From assembly GCA_965248925.1 (NCBI GenBank), contig CBDFLE010000005.1, positions 640,001-704,000 of the forward strand: a DNA stretch of 64,000 nucleotides. Reading direction: 5' to 3'. Made by a program: the position numbers and the translations under genes. Positions within the stretch are counted from its first letter, which is position 1. Every line of letters begins with the position of its first letter. This DNA comes from Candidatus Multivoradales bacterium. Its GTDB lineage: Bacteria > Acidobacteriota > Thermoanaerobaculia > Multivoradales > J023. Below the pieces are notes generated by a model, which ran no database searches, had not been told where the DNA came from, and worked only from the letters and a program-made list of their open reading frames with translations. This document shows positions 58,936-64,000 of this stretch, one piece after another.

Positions 58936-60510
58936 TCAGCATGGCGGCGTCTCCTCGCGGCGCGCGGCACTGTAGTAGCTGGCGCCGCGGACGTTGCGGT
59001 GCTCGATCGGCGCCGTCACTTCGGTGGGCTCGGGCGCTGCTTGCTGGTCCAGGCCGCTCTTCAGGATCGACTTCACGCTCTTGTAGGACAGGCCGTGAAT
59101 GGCGAGCGCGCGGCGGCACGCAGCCTCCAAACGATTGGCACCATAGGTCTTGCCCAGGCGCATCAGCCCCAGACACGAGCGAAAGCCGTGCTGAGGATGG
59201 GAGCGGTTAAGCATGATGGTCTCCACCAGTTCGGCCGTCGCCTGGCCTGTTTTCGCCGCCCAGCTGATCAGCCGTGTCGGTGTCCACTCCAGGTACGCCT
59301 GGTGCGCTTTGGGCATGTGCTCGCTCTGGGTCGTGTGCCGACCCCGACACCGATTGCGACGATGAGCAGCCACACGCTTGCCGCGATCGAGCACCTCCAC
59401 CAGTTGCGCCGTCGCCCGCAGATCGAGCTGCTTCTTGATCAGCTGGTACGGCACACTGTAATAGTGGCCCTCGAACTCGACGTGGTAGTCCGGGGCAACG
59501 CGTACCTTCTTCCATTCGGCAAGCTCGTAGGGCTGGAGCGGCAAAGCACCCAGAGCAGGACGATCGACCTGCTCGAACAGCGCTCGGCGCGAGACGCCCA
59601 ACACCTTCAGCGGACGGTCGTTAAGCTCGACCAGAAGCTTCGCGATGCTCTCGTTGAGCTCTCGCAGGCTGAAGAACTGCTGGTTACGCAGCCGGGCCAG
59701 AATCCAGCGCTCCACTTGCAATACACCGTTTTCGACCTTCGCCTTGTCTTGGGGCTTCCTCACCCGCGCCGGCACCACCGCCACGCCGTAGTGCTCGGCC
59801 AACTCCGCGTAGGTGCGATTGATCTCCGGCTCGTAGCGGCACGGGCTGGTCACGCCGCTCTTCAGATTGTCCGGCACCACCAGCTCGCTCACCCCGCCCA
59901 GAGCCGCGAAGGTCCGCACATGAGAGCCGAGCCAGTCCTCCAGGCCCTGGCTCCACGTTGCCTCGGCATAGGTGTAGTTGCTCGCCCCCAGCACCGCCAC
60001 GAAGATCTGCGCTTCGCGCTCTTTGCCAGTCGCCGGGTCGATCACCCTCACGGTCTGTCCGGCGTAGTCGACGAACAGCTTCTCGCCCGCCCGGTAGGCT
60101 TGGCGCAGGCACACATCCAGGCGACCTTCCCAGATCCGGTACAGCTGACAGAAGCGGCTGAAACCGTAGCCGTCGGGATGGTCCTCCCGGTACTCTTGCC
60201 ACAGCAGCGACAGGGTTACGCCCTTCTTCTTCAGCTCGCCATGCACCTTGGTCCAGTCGGGCAAGGCTCGCTGACCACCCCTCCGAAGCGGCTGCGGCCG
60301 AGGGTACAGGCGTTGCTCCAGCTCAGCGTCGCTCAAAGCTGCTACTTGCTCCCAGCTCAGGCCTTCAACCTTGGCTCGCAGCAGGTAGTTGCACACCGTC
60401 ACGTGGCCCAGCCGAACCGACCGTCCGATCTGGCGGTGCGACAGGCCATGCTGCCATTTCAGTCTCAGTACCTCGCGTATCTTGCGCATCGATGTCCTCA
60501 CTCTCGGCAT
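58936..60510 (-). CDS. istA: IS21 transposase IstA
   Basis: MRKIREVLRL, LFVDYAG, LGASNYTYAEA, VPDNLKSGV and KPQDKAKVE. Confidence 0.95.
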   Translation of the reverse strand: MPRVRTSMRKIREVLRLKWQHGLSHRQIGRSVRLGHVTVCNYLLRAKVEGLSWEQVAALSDAELEQRLYPRPQPLRRGGQRALPDWTKVHGELKKKGVTLSLLWQEYREDHPDGYGFSRFCQLYRIWEGRLDVCLRQAYRAGEKLFVDYAGQTVRVIDPATGKEREAQIFVAVLGASNYTYAEATWSQGLEDWLGSHVRTFAALGGVSELVVPDNLKSGVTSPCRYEPEINRTYAELAEHYGVAVVPARVRKPQDKAKVENGVLQVERWILARLRNQQFFSLRELNESIAKLLVELNDRPLKVLGVSRRALFEQVDRPALGALPLQPYELAEWKKVRVAPDYHVEFEGHYYSVPYQLIKKQLDLRATAQLVEVLDRGKRVAAHRRNRCRGRHTTQSEHMPKAHQAYLEWTPTRLISWAAKTGQATAELVETIMLNRSHPQHGFRSCLGLMRLGKTYGANRLEAACRRALAIHGLSYKSVKSILKSGLDQQAAPEPTEVTAPIEHRNVRGASYYSAARREETPPC

Positions 60511-61451
60511 CCAATCCTCCTTTCAAGGAGGCTGGAATACCCCAATTGTGAGGAGCGCGCTACCGTCGAACTCCGCCGTGGCCAGGATTCCGATCCAATC
60601 TGACCACCCATTCCGATCGACCCGGAAAAGTGGTCACTTTCGATCGGAATCGATGGTCAGATTCCGTTGGAATCACTGGTCACTTTCAATCGGAATCGGT
60701 GGTCGGTTTCCGTCGGTGCAGGCACCGGCCACCGTCGAACAGATTGCGCGATTTATGGGACACCTCAAGACCAACATAGCCAAAGAAATAGGTCGTCTCC
60801 ACGACTGGCCCGGCTCGATGTTCGACCGGCGCTACACCATGATTCCGGTCAGCGACGAAGAGGAAGCTCAGATCAAGCGCCTCGAGTACCTCCTCTCTCA
60901 AGGCTGCAAAGAAGGGCTCGTGACGTCACCCCTCGAGTGGCCGGGAGCCCACTGCGCAGGAGCGCTCCTGACGGGCTATCCGCTGAGGGGAATCTGGATC
61001 GACCGCACTCGGCAATGGGCGGCGAGCCAGCGCGAGGCCGACACCGGGGAATCCGACTTCGTAACCGACGTCGAGCTAAAGCTCGACAACCTGCCATGTT
61101 GGAAGCATCTTGCGCTAGAAGCCCAGCAGCAACACATCTTGGAGCTCATCGAGAAGATCGAGAGAGATACTGCAAGACTCCATCAAGACCGAGGAACCGA
61201 GCCCCTCGGCGCATTCCTCGTCGGCCAGCAGCAGACACATCGACGCCCCGGCCAGCAACCGACAAACCCACCCCCCTTCTTTCACGTCTATCGGAAGAAA
61301 GTCCGGCACGCGATGCGCTTGGCCTTGGGCGAATTCCTCACTGCATACCGTACGGCCGCAGAGAAACTTCGAAGCCGTGGAGCACCTAGCGGATTTCCTG
61401 AAAACTCCTTCCCGCCAAGACCAAAATTCGTTGACACCAACACCCCTTCTG

Positions 61452-61513
61452 ACTCTTCATAATGTGCCTGGCACCTATTTCTACTCTTCATAATGTGCCT
61501 GGCACCTATTTCT
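61452..61513 (+). repeat. 31-bp perfect tandem duplication containing the RAYT stop codon and REP-like motif
   Basis: actcttcataatgtgcctggcacctatttct at 61452-61482 and 61483-61513; partial gcctggcacc at 61631. Confidence 0.9.
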
Positions 61514-61649
61514 GGCCGGCGGCTTCTCGACAGGTTTCGGGCACTGGAGGGCTTCGAGGCAGAGGATCTGCCTGCGCTATCTACTTCCCAAGCACACGTA
61601 AGCCGGACCGAAGCTGGGCTGCTACGAAACGCCTGGCACCCGGTAGGCG

Positions 61650-61775
61650 GACCAACGATGTCGACTCAGTTGTGCCGCGTGGTCTGCACCAGCTTGCCGG
61701 CACCGACGTTCTGGCGACCGTAGCGAAACTCCCTCTGCCGCTGTTGAGTGCCCCCGTTGTGCTCGGCGACCCGCC
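61650..61775 (-). pseudogene. degenerate internal Rhs core fragment
   Basis: RVAEHNGG..EFRYGRQNVGA-GKLVQTTRHN*VDIV matches Rhs-A at about 51030-51160, with a 12-bp deletion and Trp changed to TGA. Confidence 0.8.
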
Positions 61776-61825
61776 ACCAGAGAACATAAGGTGCTCTGGC
61801 AGTCTTGCGGTCGGAAGAAACCGTG

Positions 61826-62320
61826 TTATGACTCTGTCTTGAGCCAGCTCTTCTCTTCGTCAGCAAGTTGTCCGACATTCAGGGCCGACCGGTGTACTCG
61901 CCGTAGTGACGCGGCAGCTTCATCAACAGACTCTTCTTCAGCCACACATCGAGCAAGACCTTGCGAAGACGACGTTAGACGCTCTCGATTGAGAGAAACC
62001 GCCTTTTTAAAATAGAACATACCCTTTTTGGAATCGTCTTCGACAGAATGGTAAAACCATCCTAACTCCTCCAATACCAGAGAGTTACTCGGTTCGAATT
62101 CAAGAGCCTTGTGGAGCAGGGCCTTTGCGCACTCAAGAGAGAAGCGACTATTCTCAGACCCAAGCTGTATCGCTCTACTAAAGGATAAAAGGTCGATAGC
62201 CTGCAAGCAATGCGCCTTGTCGGCGACTGACAATATCTCTGCCGCGTCATCAAAGCAGCCTTCCAACATGAGCTTCGAAACTTCCTGCCTTTGGCATTCC
62301 CCAAATGTGCGTACACTCAT
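61826..62320 (-). CDS. TPR-like putative immunity protein for Rhs-B
   Basis: Lower-GC ORF starting just after the Rhs-B stop; ALEFEPSNSLVLEELGWFY TPR-like helix pair. Confidence 0.7.
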   Translation of the reverse strand: MSVRTFGECQRQEVSKLMLEGCFDDAAEILSVADKAHCLQAIDLLSFSRAIQLGSENSRFSLECAKALLHKALEFEPSNSLVLEELGWFYHSVEDDSKKGMFYFKKAVSLNRERLTSSSQGLARCVAEEESVDEAAASLRRVHRSALNVGQLADEEKSWLKTES

Positions 62321-62324
62321 TGGT

Positions 62325-64000
62325 TCACCCTTGCCCACCAGTTCCTTGGTTTCTGAGTTTGTCAATCAGTCGTCTTGAGTTGTCGGCCAGTTTCTTCATT
62401 TGCTTTGCAGCGTGCGCCGCGGGGCCCTTTCCGCGAGACATCTTGGAGATCGTATTGTAGGTCTCATTCGCCAAGTTTGAGTGGTACGATTTGGATCGCT
62501 TGAGCTTTCCGCTGATCAGATCTCCGATTTTTCGATTGCCAAACCCACCGGGGCCTACGGGCATCATGCCTATTTTGCAAACTCCGGCATCGACACAATC
62601 CATGAAGTTTCCGCCCTGTGGTAATCTAAAGGATTCCAGGATCAACGCCGTAAAACTTTTCTTTGTTCCCTCTGAGGAGGTCCCTGCCGTGACTTGTAAA
62701 TCGCGATCTGAAGGAATGGATGTGGAATCCGTCGAACTCTCTTGTGAAAACTCACTGATCACATCGATAGATGATGAAAAACAGAGCCCTAGCAAACAAG
62801 GGTCAATAATAAATGCAAATCCGTCAAGCGGTGTTGCCCCAGAAGGATCATTGAAGAGAAGGGGACGATTGTTAACATAAGAAACACGATTCCACGAGCG
62901 GGATTGCGGGATGGGAGTACCGTCGGTAGCCGGATCTACACTCAAGAACCGCCCCACCACCGGACTGCAATGCCGAGCATGCATGTAGTCAAGCTCACTC
63001 TTCGCCCCCACGCCGTTCTTGTCTCGCTCATGCCCGGTAAACTTCAGCTGAAACTCATCCGAGCTAGCACTGGTTGCCTCCTGCCCAAACGGATAGTAAC
63101 TGTGCTGCGCCACTTGGGTGCCATTCTTCGTCACCTGCCGTGGTGTACCGAGATGATCTAGATGAAAGCTGTAAGTCTCTTCGACACCACTGGCGTCCGG
63201 GTCTACCGAGGCTAGGAGCTGTCCACCCCGGTAGACGTAGTCCCGCTCCCACTCGAAGCTTTCGCCCCGCGGATGGGTGAAGACCCGCAGCACCTCGTTG
63301 CCGAGCCCGCGCAAGGTCCAGGTCTCGCTGGCGGGGCTGCTGACGCAGCTGCTGCCGGCGGCGCTGAAGCAGCTGAAGGTGACGATGCGCTCGTCATCAG
63401 CGTTGTAGATGTACACGCTCGCCTGATCTGTGTTGCTTTGCAGGTGTTTCATCATGTTGGCGGCGTCGTAGGTGTACTGGTAGATCTCCGAGCTACTGTA
63501 ACGCACGCGGGTCAGGTTGCCCCCAGCATCGTACACCGTGCCGCTCAAGCCGAGGCGATTGGTGCTGCTGCTCGGGCTCATGCTCTGGCTGGCGCCGTTG
63601 GTGATCATCTGGGTGAGATTGCCGAAGTTGTCATATGACGCGGTTTGCAGGCGGTCGCTACTTCCCACCTTGGCCTCGCCGCTGACCAGCCGCTGCAAAC
63701 GATCATAGCGGTAGGTCAGCGAGCCGATGCGGTGAATATTGCCCGATCCGTCGTAGTCGAAGGTGCCAGTGTCCCAGCCGGCGTTGGTGGAGATGCGCTC
63801 GGGCCGGGCGAGGCCGGAGGGATCGACCTGGCGAGTTTCGGTGATGCCGCTCTGGTGGCTGATCTGGGTCAGCATGCCGCCGCTCTGGTAGCTGAGGCTG
63901 GAGGCGAAGCCGGGCACCGCGGTGAGGAAGCCTTTGTCGTAAGCGAAGCTCACCTGCCGCGGTGGGCTGACCTGGTCGCAGCTGTCGTTGGTGTGCAGAC
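62325..64000 (-). CDS. Rhs polymorphic toxin B (5' part beyond the window) with unrecognised basic C-terminal tip
   Basis: 62941-64000 is collinear with Rhs-A 49781-50840; NRPLLFNDPSG core end, then an unrelated tip. Confidence 0.92.
   Translation of the reverse strand, partial: LHTNDSCDQVSPPRQVSFAYDKGFLTAVPGFASSLSYQSGGMLTQISHQSGITETRQVDPSGLARPERISTNAGWDTGTFDYDGSGNIHRIGSLTYRYDRLQRLVSGEAKVGSSDRLQTASYDNFGNLTQMITNGASQSMSPSSSTNRLGLSGTVYDAGGNLTRVRYSSSEIYQYTYDAANMMKHLQSNTDQASVYIYNADDERIVTFSCFSAAGSSCVSSPASETWTLRGLGNEVLRVFTHPRGESFEWERDYVYRGGQLLASVDPDASGVEETYSFHLDHLGTPRQVTKNGTQVAQHSYYPFGQEATSASSDEFQLKFTGHERDKNGVGAKSELDYMHARHCSPVVGRFLSVDPATDGTPIPQSRSWNRVSYVNNRPLLFNDPSGATPLDGFAFIIDPCLLGLCFSSSIDVISEFSQESSTDSTSIPSDRDLQVTAGTSSEGTKKSFTALILESFRLPQGGNFMDCVDAGVCKIGMMPVGPGGFGNRKIGDLISGKLKRSKSYHSNLANETYNTISKMSRGKGPAAHAAKQMKKLADNSRRLIDKLRNQGTGGQG

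Larger units (their letters stand above)
56534..58942 (-). pseudogene. istB: IstB ATPase interrupted by IS3
   Basis: MLRHATLDQLAAL (from 58942) joins KLHGMAKAF... (from 57259); GKAGVGKT, LILDDWG, TSQLP and AILDR. Confidence 0.92.
56179..60724 (-). mobile_element. IS21-family insertion sequence containing a nested IS3
   Basis: TG...CA ends, imperfect IRs (TGCCTATTCCGACGAAACTGACCA / TGCCTGCACCGACGGAAACCGACCA), subterminal repeats, TSD CCGGC at 56174-56178 and 60725-60729. Confidence 0.93.
55970..61462 (+). pseudogene. REP-associated HUH tyrosine transposase (RAYT-like), split by IS21
   Basis: 55970-56178 (MPRLPR..LSNHFHLLASP) joins 60730-61462 in frame (ATVEQIARFM..MFDRRY..LEYLLSQGCKEGLV..EWPG), giving 313 aa. 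Confidence 0.88.

Noticed and set aside
58999-60603. 534-aa plus-strand ORF
   Set aside because: Antisense to istA with no recognisable motifs.
60586-60724. Cluster of tccgatc / tggtcac repeats as an independent repeat array
   Set aside because: These are the multiple subterminal repeats normal for IS21 ends.
60389-60729. N-terminal part of the 357-aa ORF 60389-61462
   Set aside because: Read-through from the IS21 end; the real RAYT N-terminus is at 55970.
1-64000. tRNA, rRNA, riboswitch or known anti-phage defence genes
   Set aside because: None recognisable by eye; an Rfam, tRNAscan or DefenseFinder run would be needed to exclude them.

Overview
GC-rich bacterial chromosomal window. C-terminal (I/L)FxDxFES motifs on secreted proteins suggest Acidobacteriota such as Thermoanaerobaculia, but that is an inference. 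Positions 1-47.6 kb hold mostly housekeeping and envelope genes: Elp3 and MtaB tRNA-modifying radical SAM enzymes, an unusual FabF-like synthase, a DUF2868/DUF3482-GTPase pair, a TPP enzyme, carbamate kinase, a six-gene PspA + OmpA-fused ABC transporter + AAA ATPase operon, RNase D, MscS, a 1378-aa secreted protein with Gly-rich blocks interrupting an apparent beta-propeller, prfC, fabH, an NfeD-NfeD-FloA operon and pdxH. Positions 47.6-64 kb are an accessory polymorphic-toxin region. Two Rhs modules have near-identical cores but different C-terminal toxins and immunity genes. Each lies just downstream of the 3' end of a REP-associated HUH tyrosine transposase (RAYT) gene followed by a GTGCCTGGCACCTATTTCT motif. 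Copies of that motif also bound an orphan Ntox24-like toxin/immunity cassette. The full-length RAYT is interrupted by an IS21 element (5-bp TSD) whose istB is itself interrupted by an IS3 element (4-bp TSD). A 3' fragment of comM abuts a tandem-HTH gene. No rRNA, tRNA or CRISPR array was seen. All calls are by-eye motif recognition; no database searches were run.
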